Below, in pieces: positions 7,957-17,556 of a stretch of 32,000 nt of DNA. Source of the DNA: Candidatus Lokiarchaeum ossiferum (GTDB lineage Archaea > Asgardarchaeota > Lokiarchaeia > Sigyniarchaeales > Promethearchaeaceae); contig CP104013.1 in NCBI GenBank assembly GCA_025839675.1, positions 150,001 through 182,000 of the forward strand. Direction: 5' to 3'. Position 1 is the first letter of the stretch; every line of letters starts with the position of its first letter. A program made the position numbers and the translations under genes. The notes below the pieces were generated by a model that saw only the letters and a list, made by a program, of their open reading frames with translations, was not told where the DNA came from and did not search any database.

Positions 7957-9129
7957 TTATTCCTTTGTCAAGATCACTTTTTTTTTATAAATTGCAGAAT
8001 CTTTTTGAACTTGTTTTTGAAGCATGTTAAAGGCATACGCTGAAGTTGAGAATGTTGTTGCATTAAATCGCTCCATAATTGCGGCTAATTCTTCATCGAA
8101 TATTCTGACATAGACCTTTATTGATGGATATTTTTGATTTAACCGGGTACATAAGTAAAGGGAATCAGAAAATTCCTCTTCTTCCTTCCATACAATGAAA
8201 ATTTGAGTTACTTCATTCAGATTAATGTGATCTTCAATAAAACGCAACCGATTAGCACTATCTGAAATTGCGTTAATGGCTGATTCTTCATCATACAAGT
8301 CGGAATCGATATGTTCATCCATGATGACTGTCGGACGACTCTGGTCTTTGCCTAAATACTCGGCAATTCGTTGGGATAAATTATCTCTTCCAAGAACCAA
8401 TGTTTTTCCTGTCTCTCCTTGAGACCATTCTTTGATTGAACTCATTGCCCATTTGGATGTCGAGAAAGAAAATGCGTTAATTGGTTCCTGAGCCAAGTAC
8501 TTATAGTAATAATCCCCAAACAATCGCACATATAGAGCACAATCTTTATTAATGTCTCTAATTTTATTACAAATCACAATTGAATCCCGTGCGTCATTTA
8601 TAGTGATAAATACTTCTTTGGCTTTTGAAATTGAGGCATCTATCAAAATTTCATCATCTGTTGCATCTCCAATTACTACCGGTGCGGAAGAATTTATGAG
8701 ATTTTCAACCTTATTATCTTCTCGTTCTATCAAAACGAAATTTTTATTATTCAATTGCAAATACTCAATAATTCTCTCCCCTAAATGAGTGGATCCGATT
8801 ACAATCGTATGGTTTCGCTGGTGTTTTGCTAGAATCTGGGAGGTAATTACTGGGTTATATTTTTTAAAGAGTGCTCCAAAAATGAATCCTAAAATAATTG
8901 TTTCTAATAGTACTGGCCAAACTAGATTATAAAGACCGGCCATATCCGAATGATTATTTGAATTGCGAATTCCAAAGGAAATAAGAAGAATATTTCCAAT
9001 TGCTTTATCATTTTCTACGAGGTAAAAAAAAATAAAACCCATCAACCAAAAACCAATGCATACCATAATAGGCCATTTGTTTTGTTTGATTTTTAATTTT
9101 AAATCAATTAAAAAAGTGTTTAAACTCAT
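7957..9129 (-). CDS. 2-TM membrane protein with two RCK/TrkA-N domains (K+ channel-like, no canonical selectivity filter seen)
   Basis: Two N-terminal hydrophobic helices, then a Rossmann motif HTIVIGSTHLGERIIEYL and a second one KTLVLGRDNLSQRIAEYL. No TVGYG-like filter between the helices (ISFGIRNSNNHSD instead). ATG at 9129; the track start 9192 is TTG. Confidence 0.7.
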   Translation of the reverse strand: MSLNTFLIDLKLKIKQNKWPIMVCIGFWLMGFIFFYLVENDKAIGNILLISFGIRNSNNHSDMAGLYNLVWPVLLETIILGFIFGALFKKYNPVITSQILAKHQRNHTIVIGSTHLGERIIEYLQLNNKNFVLIEREDNKVENLINSSAPVVIGDATDDEILIDASISKAKEVFITINDARDSIVICNKIRDINKDCALYVRLFGDYYYKYLAQEPINAFSFSTSKWAMSSIKEWSQGETGKTLVLGRDNLSQRIAEYLGKDQSRPTVIMDEHIDSDLYDEESAINAISDSANRLRFIEDHINLNEVTQIFIVWKEEEEFSDSLYLCTRLNQKYPSIKVYVRIFDEELAAIMERFNATTFSTSAYAFNMLQKQVQKDSAIYKKKVILTKE

Positions 9130-9239
9130 GCATAAATCTTGGGAGTTAATCCATATAAACACTACTTTTTCAATATATATTAAAAGAGACAAATACCTTT
9201 TTATTTGAGCCTAATAAGTGTACATTGGGAAATACCAGC

Positions 9240-11561
9240 ATGTTAATTGATCATATTTGGATTTGTAATCAATTCGGAATCAATTCAGATTGTTTTCAGA
9301 TATATCAAGAAAATACCGCAAGCTTCCTTAACGATCCAAAAATTTTAACCTCCCTAAAGAAGTGGCAAGCCTCCAAGTTTACACAAAACCATATTAGACT
9401 GAAATCCTCATCACTTAATCTTACCGAGGATGGTCCTATAAAAGAAACTTCCCTTTTCTTTTTTAGATACAGCTATTTATTCCAAGTTTTGAATACTTGT
9501 GTCCATTTTATTGCCCCTAAATTCAATTTGTCAAAAGATTATTGGGTTTATTATTATTGGACACACGATTATCAGAAAGAATTATTCCCAAATCTTAAAG
9601 AAACTTTCCCTTCGAATTTTAAAGGAAATGTAGTCATCGCAAAAGAAGATTTGTTTGGTGATCTGCTAAATGAAATACTAATGATTAATTTACGAGAAGA
9701 AAAAGGGATGTTTTATACTCCCCAGATTTTAAGTAATTTTTTTATGGAAATCCTAGTAAAAACTCAAATTTTCAGACAATCCCGAAAATTAATAGATCCA
9801 ACTTGTGGATCCGGAAGTATTCTTCTGCCCCTAATAAAAAAGATTATTAATACTACAGAGAATATCGAGCAAAAGAAAAATCACATTTTAAATATTTACG
9901 GGAACGATGAAAATCCCGTTGCAATTTTGGCTACTCTTGCTAACATAGTCAACCTACTATGTGAATATAATTTCTCTTCAGGATTTTATCAAAAAATGTG
10001 TCAGAATTTTTCTTGTCAAGATGTTTTTAAATTCCATAATTTATCAGAGAATCATGATTATAAACATCACTTTGATATAATTATCGGAAATCTTCCATGG
10101 AATGTGATAAACAACATCCAAAACCCTCAAATTAAGGAATTGATCATTTCAGTTGGAAAGGAATTTGATATTTTTATGACATGGAAGAATCAATCCAATT
10201 TAGAAATTGCAACTGTTCTATTCAAAATTTTACAGCATAATTTACTTACCGAAAATGGCCATATTGGTTTTTTACTTCCTGCTAGTTTATTAACTGCAAC
10301 GCAACATTCGAAATTCCGTCGATTTGAAGGATTGAAGAACTTGCACAGCTATCACATAATACCCGACTTCTTTCCAATACATTCGATGTATTTAATTGCT
10401 CAAAATGATCAAAATGCTTCTCGAAACGATGATTTTCAAATTATTACTGCAGAATACTATCATTTGTTTGAAGAATCAAATTCGTGGTCAAGAACTCGAA
10501 AAGAATGCTTGGAAGCATCTCATATTTCCTATCATCGTGGAAAACCTTTAGTCGGAAAGTATTATACTAAAAGCACGGAAGAATTTATTTTACCGATAAA
10601 GAAATCCGGATATTATTCTTCTGTAAAAAGAGGTATAGATATCACCCCTAGAAGGTTAATTTTTATCCAATCCACCAAATCCGTCAATGTTGCTTTTAAA
10701 AACCCTGAAACTCAAAAATTGGAGATTTTTCCTGATCTAGATCAAATGAAATCAACTCAGAGTTCACGATGGGATTTTACTCCGTATAAATCTTCCCAAA
10801 TTGACAGCAGTGATCTTCATTTGGTTGTTAAAAGTACTGACTTAATCCCCTTTGCTTTGAATAACTTTCACTATGCCTTTTTACCACTTAAAATCTATGA
10901 TGGACACTATATGTTAAAAAAAAATGAGGAGTTAGGTGCACATTCCCGTGACCATCTTAATCTACTTGAAGATATTTACAAAAAACACCGAAAACCTACT
11001 GCAAAAAATCAAACTTTGATGGATAGTCTAAATTATGGAAAAAAAATTCAAAATCCCGATATGATTGCTCCTATTAAGGTAGTTTATCCTGTTGGAGGCT
11101 CTTATTGTAAAGCAGCCATCATCAACCATCCAAATATAGTAATTGATGTTACATTTTATTATATTGCATGTAATGACAGGAATGAAGCATATTATTTGTT
11201 AGCATGGTTAAACTCTTCTCTTCTACAAAAAAATCTTCCCCGTGTTTGTACAATTGGGGCGAATGGGAGTATACGAGTCATTCATATGGCTCCCTGGATG
11301 TTTCCTCTTCCAAAGTTTAATTTTCAGCAAGAACAAATGAAAATTGTTGAATTATCGAAACAACTAGAAAATGTTTCCAGAAATGTTCTAATATCTAATA
11401 AGATTATTTCAAATCACTCTTTTCCTCATTTTACCAACAAGTTATTAAAAAAATCCCGAAGGAATGTCTATAAAATATTGAAAACAAGCTCAAAATATGT
11501 CGAAATAATTTCAAAAATTGATAATCTTTTTCTTTCTATGATAAAATTAAACGCAGAGTGA
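9240..11561 (+). CDS. Gamma-class N6-adenine DNA methyltransferase (Eco57I/TaqI-like) with a long C-terminal putative target-recognition region
   Basis: Motif X-like GMFYTPQILSNFFMEIL (about 9708-9760), motif I IDPTCGSGSILL (about 9795-9830), and motif IV FDIIIGNLPW (GNLPW at 10085-10099), which deviates from NPPW. ATG at 9240; the track start 9225 is TTG. Confidence 0.8.
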   Translation: MLIDHIWICNQFGINSDCFQIYQENTASFLNDPKILTSLKKWQASKFTQNHIRLKSSSLNLTEDGPIKETSLFFFRYSYLFQVLNTCVHFIAPKFNLSKDYWVYYYWTHDYQKELFPNLKETFPSNFKGNVVIAKEDLFGDLLNEILMINLREEKGMFYTPQILSNFFMEILVKTQIFRQSRKLIDPTCGSGSILLPLIKKIINTTENIEQKKNHILNIYGNDENPVAILATLANIVNLLCEYNFSSGFYQKMCQNFSCQDVFKFHNLSENHDYKHHFDIIIGNLPWNVINNIQNPQIKELIISVGKEFDIFMTWKNQSNLEIATVLFKILQHNLLTENGHIGFLLPASLLTATQHSKFRRFEGLKNLHSYHIIPDFFPIHSMYLIAQNDQNASRNDDFQIITAEYYHLFEESNSWSRTRKECLEASHISYHRGKPLVGKYYTKSTEEFILPIKKSGYYSSVKRGIDITPRRLIFIQSTKSVNVAFKNPETQKLEIFPDLDQMKSTQSSRWDFTPYKSSQIDSSDLHLVVKSTDLIPFALNNFHYAFLPLKIYDGHYMLKKNEELGAHSRDHLNLLEDIYKKHRKPTAKNQTLMDSLNYGKKIQNPDMIAPIKVVYPVGGSYCKAAIINHPNIVIDVTFYYIACNDRNEAYYLLAWLNSSLLQKNLPRVCTIGANGSIRVIHMAPWMFPLPKFNFQQEQMKIVELSKQLENVSRNVLISNKIISNHSFPHFTNKLLKKSRRNVYKILKTSSKYVEIISKIDNLFLSMIKLNAE

Positions 11562-11572
11562 AAAATATTCTT

Positions 11573-12670
11573 CTATTTATTAATATCAACTAATTGCATG
11601 ATAATCCAAAGGAGAGATTCTTCTATTCCATAATTTTTCTCAATTGAAACAATGCTAAATCCTGAATTCAGATTCAAATGATCAAAATGTATTAGATTAT
11701 AAATTTCCTCTGTTGTATAGTTATTAATTTTATCTGATTCATTAGCTAAGAGAATTATGGGTATTTTTTGTCTTTTTGGTTCATTTATTCTGTCAGAACA
11801 ATAATGATCAAAAACTTTTTGAAAATTTGAATGGAGTTTAGCGATTTCTTCACGGGGTGTTATAGGATCAAATACTGCTATTATAGCTATGGGCTTTTTG
11901 CAAACATCGAACCACATTTTGCAAGGAATCGTATCTAAATCATATGCCCAAAATTCAACTTGCTCTAAAAATTGTTTTAATATTAACTTTCCTGGGGTAA
12001 TTGAAGCTAAATCATCTGATTCTGTATATGTCGACGCATTTTTGAACATATCAACATACAATTTTTGATGATCTGTAGAAACATTATCAATTAATCTTTG
12101 TTTACCCGCTTTTTTATTACCAATAACAAGTATTCTTCCCAATTGAATAGAATTTAAATAACGTTCTAAGAATCTCGCACTGGATGAGATAGTATAATTA
12201 AGAAAATAGAGAAAATCTCGGATTTCTTCATCTTTTTTTTCTTTTTCGCTGTAAAATCCTTTGTAGAGATTTTCTTTTGTTTTAAATTTATCTGCAATTT
12301 GGAGCATAAACTCTTTTACTGAACTGAATTTTTGGTTAGAATTTAAGACAACTGTTAACATTACCGATTCTATGCTACCTCGGGCCCATTCAGATTCAAT
12401 CTCAAAAATATAGTTTCCTAAGGTCAATCCTTTCTCCACTATTCGATGTTCAAAAAATCCTTCGGGCAAGTTTAGATCAAGCAAATTGCAGACCAAGGTA
12501 TCGATATGCGATTTAACTTCGGGAGGACTGGCCAAAAAAACCACAGGTCCTCGATGGGTATCGAAGTGAGTTAAAATTATCTGGAAGGGATTATCAGAAG
12601 TCTCATAGATTTCTTCCGTAATTTTATTTTTATAAAAGGAAATTAAAGGCATATACAAAATATATTTCAC
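11573..12670 (-). CDS. Fusion protein: N-terminal longin-like domain plus C-terminal Arf-like small GTPase domain with degenerate catalytic motifs
   Basis: C-terminal half: G1 GNKKAGKQ (12098-12121) and [28 protein letters not shown]. The latter has the same 28-residue length and the same W-to-W spacing as Arf [13 protein letters not shown]...IFVVD, but lacks the GGQ. G4-like LLANESDK and an Arf-like tail [10 protein letters not shown] are also present. N-terminal half: [20 protein letters not shown] followed by a beta-beta-alpha-beta-beta-beta-alpha pattern. The GTG start at 12670 has AAGGTG upstream; an alternative ATG lies at 12652. Confidence 0.55.
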   Translation of the reverse strand: [365 protein letters not shown]

Positions 12671-12755
12671 TTGACACCTTATTTACCTTTTCTACTACAA
12701 TTCTATTTTTTTGAGGGAATGAATCACTTTTAAATTCTTAAATTGATATTTACCT

Positions 12756-14339
12756 ATGCAAATATTTCATGGGCCAATAATCACTTGCGATAAAGAAAAT
12801 CATGTATTCAAGTACCTTGTGGAAGATCAAGGCAAAATTATCTATGTTGGGGATGATCTTCCAAATGAATATGATCATCATGGAAAAATCATTGAACTGC
12901 AAGAAAAAGCTCTCCTTCCCTCTTTTGGGGATGGCCATATGCATTTTAGCAATTACGCACTGTTTGCTGGAACCTATTTTGATGTGAGAGAAGCGAAAAA
13001 TTTTGAAGATATCAAATCCCAAATTACAAAATTCATAACAAAGCATCCGAAAAAGAAAATAATAATCGCGTTTGGGGCCTCGAAACATAGTGTTGAAGAA
13101 AAAAGATTAATTCCTAGACAAGAACTTGATTCGGTTTGCCCCAAAATACCCTTAGTCATAGTATGCTATGATGGACATTCTGCGATTTGTAATTCTGTTA
13201 TGATGAATAAATTTCCTGAAAAGATCCAAAAACTTCGAGGATTCAACGCAGATCAAGGATATTTATTTAATGAAGCTTATTACGATGGTGTTGATTATGC
13301 CACCTCATTAATTTCGCCTATTACTCTCATAAACAGCATGATAAAAAGTTATGATATAATTGCAAAATATGGAGTTGGGATGATCCATGCAACAGAAGGT
13401 ATTGGGTTTCCTAATGATCTCGATGTAACTCTTGTAAGTCTTATTGCCAAAGCAAAAACGAAGAGAAATTCATTTCAATCTCGTATTTTCTTCCAAACAA
13501 TGGAAATTGAAAAAGTTTTGAAACGAAAATTGCCTCGAATTGGTGGATGTTTTGCAACAGCGTTAGATGGCTGTTTTGGTGCATGCGACGCCGCATTGCA
13601 TGAACCTTATTCCAACGATCTTGATAATAATGGAATTTTGTTTCAATCCGAAGATGAAGTTTATAATTTTGCTAAAAAAGCCAATCGCGCTGGATTGCAA
13701 ATTGAAATGCACGCTATAGGGGATGCAGCGGTAACTCGTGCAGTCAATGCCATTGAACAAGCGTTGGAAGATTTTCCTAGAGATGATCACCGCCATACAA
13801 TTATTCATGCCTGTTTAATTCGTCCTGAGGATATGGAAAAAATTGCCCGACTTGGGATCGGAATAACACTTCAACCAGGATTTTTAATTAGTCCGCTAGA
13901 ACCCATTGAATATCTAGAAGAAATTTTGGGTTCAAGAGTCAAATCTAGTTCCCCTCTCCGTAAGATCAAAGATGCAGGGATCCATCTTAGTGGAGGCTCT
14001 GATGCCCCAGTGACCCATCCTAATCCAATTGAAGGAATTTATGGGGCATGCAATCATCCTTATGATCCAAGTCAATCCCTAACTGTTCAAGAAGCTTTAC
14101 ATATGTATACTTCTGAAGTGGCTTGGACAACCTTTGATGATCACGATCGAGGTAGTTTAGAGCAAGGAAAAATTGCCGATTTGGTTATTTTGAATAAAAA
14201 TCCACTCAAGGTTAAACCGGCTAACTTACTTTCGTTAAAGGTGGAGCAACTCTATCTTTCTGGTCAAAAATACAAATCTGGGATGGGTATACCAAGTATG
14301 CTTTGGAATGGACTCATTGGAAAGAAACCTAAGACATAA
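12756..14339 (+). CDS. Metal-dependent amidohydrolase (Amidohydro_3 / YtcJ-like TIM-barrel hydrolase)
   Basis: LLPSFGDGHMHF (HxH), HAIGDAAV, HRHTIIHAC and GGSDAPV motifs in the expected order. Length 527 aa. Confidence 0.8.
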   Translation: MQIFHGPIITCDKENHVFKYLVEDQGKIIYVGDDLPNEYDHHGKIIELQEKALLPSFGDGHMHFSNYALFAGTYFDVREAKNFEDIKSQITKFITKHPKKKIIIAFGASKHSVEEKRLIPRQELDSVCPKIPLVIVCYDGHSAICNSVMMNKFPEKIQKLRGFNADQGYLFNEAYYDGVDYATSLISPITLINSMIKSYDIIAKYGVGMIHATEGIGFPNDLDVTLVSLIAKAKTKRNSFQSRIFFQTMEIEKVLKRKLPRIGGCFATALDGCFGACDAALHEPYSNDLDNNGILFQSEDEVYNFAKKANRAGLQIEMHAIGDAAVTRAVNAIEQALEDFPRDDHRHTIIHACLIRPEDMEKIARLGIGITLQPGFLISPLEPIEYLEEILGSRVKSSSPLRKIKDAGIHLSGGSDAPVTHPNPIEGIYGACNHPYDPSQSLTVQEALHMYTSEVAWTTFDDHDRGSLEQGKIADLVILNKNPLKVKPANLLSLKVEQLYLSGQKYKSGMGIPSMLWNGLIGKKPKT

Positions 14340-14479
14340 TTCGTTTTTTGTTAGTTTCTGTTGAAAACACTTTTTTCACAAGATTGCTTTTTTTTTTTCC
14401 TCATTTGTAGTGAAATAATCTATATACTGCTTTCTAGTGGCACAAGAAGATATTGGAAAAAAAAAGATAAATATTCGAA

Positions 14480-15823
14480 TTATTCCACTATGATTGAGGT
14501 CTCTTTTATTGTGTCTGATTCCATTGGTTCCGAAGCACCTTCAAATCTTTCAAAATCAATTTTATGCATTTGTCTTGTAAGAATGAAGATTGAAATTATT
14601 CCCATCGCAATGAATGCACATATTGTGAAAAGATTCCCAATTCCAAGATATATTCCTAATGGAGCCGCCAACATCATTCCAATTGGTGTGGCAATTGCAC
14701 TAAAAACTGAGTCTAATGAAAAGACTCTTCCTAGTTTGTCCTTAGGTACAGAAATTTGAATATAGGTCAAATAGAATGTATTGATGACTGGGATTGAAAA
14801 TAGAAGTATGAATCCTCCTAAGCTGATCAACCAAAATTGACCGAAAGGTGCTAAACCAACTAGAGCATACCCTCCAAATGCAATGTAGTGCCAGATAGAA
14901 AAGTGAAATCGTTTTCTTTTCCATGTTTTTTTTACCGACATAAGAATGGACCCACCTATTATTCCTGCTGTTATAAAAATGGAGACAATTGCGTAAGTAT
15001 TAGCATCTCCTCCATGATCATAAAGAATAAAATAAGTTGTCAGTACATTGATTGGGGTAATCAGCAAATTGTTAAAAATTGCAGTAGTTATTAAAACCCA
15101 CAATCCAGGTGTGTCTTTGATAGTTTGCATTCCTTCCTTGAAATCTTGAAAATACGATGATTTGGTATTTTTCTTTTCGATATTCGCTTCTTTAAGTAGA
15201 CTTGAGACTTTTTGAACTTTTGGAATCTTGATTATTAGAAGTGGGATGAAACCAATTATGAAAGTTATAATATCTAGCCACATTATCTGAAAAATTGAAT
15301 ATTTTGAGACTAATAGCGCTCCAATAAATGGGGATACCATTTGAACTAACGCTTGAAGTAAAGAATTAAGTCCATTTATTTGTGATAATTTTTCATCAGG
15401 TACCATCAAAGGAATAATTGTATTGACCGCGGGTCGTTGAAAAGCGCTCCCAATGTATCGAATCCCCATGAAAATAATAAAAGTCCAAATACTTGAAGAT
15501 AAGAATATTGCAAATAGGATTAATCCTAAAGTTACAAGTGCTTGATAAGCATCCGATAGGAAAATTATAACCTTTTTATTATAACGATCTGCTAATACTC
15601 CCGCTAATGCGCCAAAAAGTATATTTGGTAAAAACATAAAAAGCATCATTAAACTCATGTAAATTGGATTTGCAGATTGTTCAGTAATCCACCAAGATCC
15701 TGCAAATTGAACTACACTTGAACCGAAGAGAGAAATCAGTTGGCCAATCCAAAATATTAAATACATTTTGAAAGTTTTATTGTTTTTTTCAATTATTGGT
15801 TGATTTGAGTTTGTTTCTTCCAT
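14480..15823 (-). CDS. MFS transporter (DHA3/EntS-like efflux type), paralogue 1
   Basis: 12-TM-like hydropathy and GVLADRYNKKVIIFLSD between TM2 and TM3. Roughly 55-60% identical by eye to the adjacent paralogue. ATG 15823 gives MEETNSNQPIIEKNNKTFKMY, which parallels MEKQLTIEKNNKTFKMY. Confidence 0.85.
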   Translation of the reverse strand: MEETNSNQPIIEKNNKTFKMYLIFWIGQLISLFGSSVVQFAGSWWITEQSANPIYMSLMMLFMFLPNILFGALAGVLADRYNKKVIIFLSDAYQALVTLGLILFAIFLSSSIWTFIIFMGIRYIGSAFQRPAVNTIIPLMVPDEKLSQINGLNSLLQALVQMVSPFIGALLVSKYSIFQIMWLDIITFIIGFIPLLIIKIPKVQKVSSLLKEANIEKKNTKSSYFQDFKEGMQTIKDTPGLWVLITTAIFNNLLITPINVLTTYFILYDHGGDANTYAIVSIFITAGIIGGSILMSVKKTWKRKRFHFSIWHYIAFGGYALVGLAPFGQFWLISLGGFILLFSIPVINTFYLTYIQISVPKDKLGRVFSLDSVFSAIATPIGMMLAAPLGIYLGIGNLFTICAFIAMGIISIFILTRQMHKIDFERFEGASEPMESDTIKETSIIVE

Positions 15824-15880
15824 TTTTTTCACTTCATTTGAATTTATCAAAAAAAAAAATCCGAAGATATCATCAATAGA

Positions 15881-17215
15881 TTAAGCCACTTCTGTAATTA
15901 ATACTGGATCTGTTGTTTCTAAATTTTCTATGTGATCTTGTGCATCAATTGCATCAAATTGAACTTTTGAGTATTGTTTTGTGAGACTGAAAAGGGCTAA
16001 GATTCCAAATGCTATAATGCCACAGAGTGTGAACACCATGCTATTACCAATTAAATTAGCTAGTGGAGCTGCTCCAACCATTCCTATAGGAGTCGCCACT
16101 GTACTAAAGAAAGTGTCCATTGAAAATACTCTGCCTTGTTTTTCTTTGGGAACAATCACTTGCATGTAGGTAATGTAAAAGTTGTTTATCATGGGAATAC
16201 TTGCCATCATCAAAAATCCTCCTAAGGCAATCATCCAAAACGCCCCTCTTGGCGCTAAACCAATAATGATCAATCCCCCATATGTCAGAAAATGGAACAA
16301 GATATAACTTCGTCTGCGATTTTTCCATTTTTTCTTTATTGACATGAAGATTGATCCCCCGATTACACCGATTGTAATACATGCTCCAATAATAGAGTAT
16401 ATCAATGCCGATCCTCCATGATCATACAGAACAAAATAAGAAGCAAGAACATTGACCGGTGTTGCGGCGAGATTTGTAAAAAGTACGGAGATAATTAAAA
16501 TCCATAATCCCGGTGTTTCACTAATTCCTTTCAGCCCAATTTTAAAATCGGTGAAAAATGAAGACTTTATTTTGGTTTTCTTTTCTTCATTTTTAGCGGA
16601 AGAAGTTGCCATTTGATGAATATTTGGGAATGAAATGAATATTAAGGGGAGCATTGCGATTCCAAAAGAAATAATATCGATGATCATTATTTGCGAAATA
16701 GTGTAGTAGTTTAACAAGATTGCACCCACAAATGGTGATCCCATGGTTAAGAGTGCCTGCAATAATGAAGAGATTCCATTGATTTGTCCTATTTTATCAT
16801 CAGGTACGAGCATAGGAATAACAGTTTTTACAGCAGGTTGTTGAAATGCTTGTCCAACATAACGTATCGATAAGAAAACTATGAATAACCATAAATCATT
16901 AGTAATTGTTGCAGCAAAGATAATAATCGCTAAGGTAACTAGGGCTTGAAATGCATCGGAAAGAATAATGATTTTTTTACGGCTAAATTTGTCTGCCAAT
17001 ACACCAGCTATTGGTCCGATGATGAGTTGAGGAACGAACATAAGTAACATTAAAATGGACATGTAAAGAGGGTCTTGAGATTGTTCTGTTATCCACCATG
17101 TGCCAGCAAATTGAACGATTGATGATCCGAATAACGAGATACTTTGTCCAATAAAGAAAATGATATACATTTTAAAGGTTTTATTATTTTTTTCAATTGT
17201 GAGTTGTTTTTCCAT
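15881..17215 (-). CDS. MFS transporter (DHA3/EntS-like efflux type), paralogue 2
   Basis: GVLADKFSRKKIIILSD and colinear similarity with 14480-15823. ATG at 17215; the track start 17227 is TTG. Confidence 0.85.
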   Translation of the reverse strand: MEKQLTIEKNNKTFKMYIIFFIGQSISLFGSSIVQFAGTWWITEQSQDPLYMSILMLLMFVPQLIIGPIAGVLADKFSRKKIIILSDAFQALVTLAIIIFAATITNDLWLFIVFLSIRYVGQAFQQPAVKTVIPMLVPDDKIGQINGISSLLQALLTMGSPFVGAILLNYYTISQIMIIDIISFGIAMLPLIFISFPNIHQMATSSAKNEEKKTKIKSSFFTDFKIGLKGISETPGLWILIISVLFTNLAATPVNVLASYFVLYDHGGSALIYSIIGACITIGVIGGSIFMSIKKKWKNRRRSYILFHFLTYGGLIIIGLAPRGAFWMIALGGFLMMASIPMINNFYITYMQVIVPKEKQGRVFSMDTFFSTVATPIGMVGAAPLANLIGNSMVFTLCGIIAFGILALFSLTKQYSKVQFDAIDAQDHIENLETTDPVLITEVA

Positions 17216-17364
17216 ATCTATACTCAATCCTTTTATTTCGGCATAAGAATGGACTTTTTTTGCCTGAATATCACTAGTTTTCCAATTAACATTAAGGTGA
17301 GAAAAACGGGATATCCCTACAAAATAATTTTCGTATGCGAAATTTAAAGTATGATATAATTATG

Positions 17365-17417
17365 GTGTGTATCATATTTAAATATGTGTATTTTAGTGTG
17401 TATCAAAATATGTATTC
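17365..17417. promoter_or_regulatory. Direct repeats GTGTGTATCA...AAATATGT(G)TATT in the divergent MFS/CPBP intergenic region
   Basis: gtgtgtatca occurs at 17365-17374 and 17396-17405 (31 bp apart). Each is followed by aaatatgtgtatt or aaatatgtattc. The site lies between minus-strand start 17215 and plus-strand start 17557. Confidence 0.3.
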
Positions 17418-17556
17418 TTTGAGTAAAAAAAAAGTTACATTTCAAGAAGCCAAGGATTGACTTTTGTCTAAAAAAAATGAACCCCGAAGGTATTTCATTA
17501 CAAAAATTTAATTTGGTGATATACTTTTTTAAGTTTAACTATTTGGATGCCCCACT

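Noticed and set aside
9240-12670. The methyltransferase plus the adjacent P-loop protein as a restriction-modification or BREX/DISARM-like defence pair.
   Set aside because: The genes are convergent rather than co-transcribed. The P-loop protein is Arf-like rather than an ATPase or helicase, and no nuclease, specificity or phosphatase component is present.
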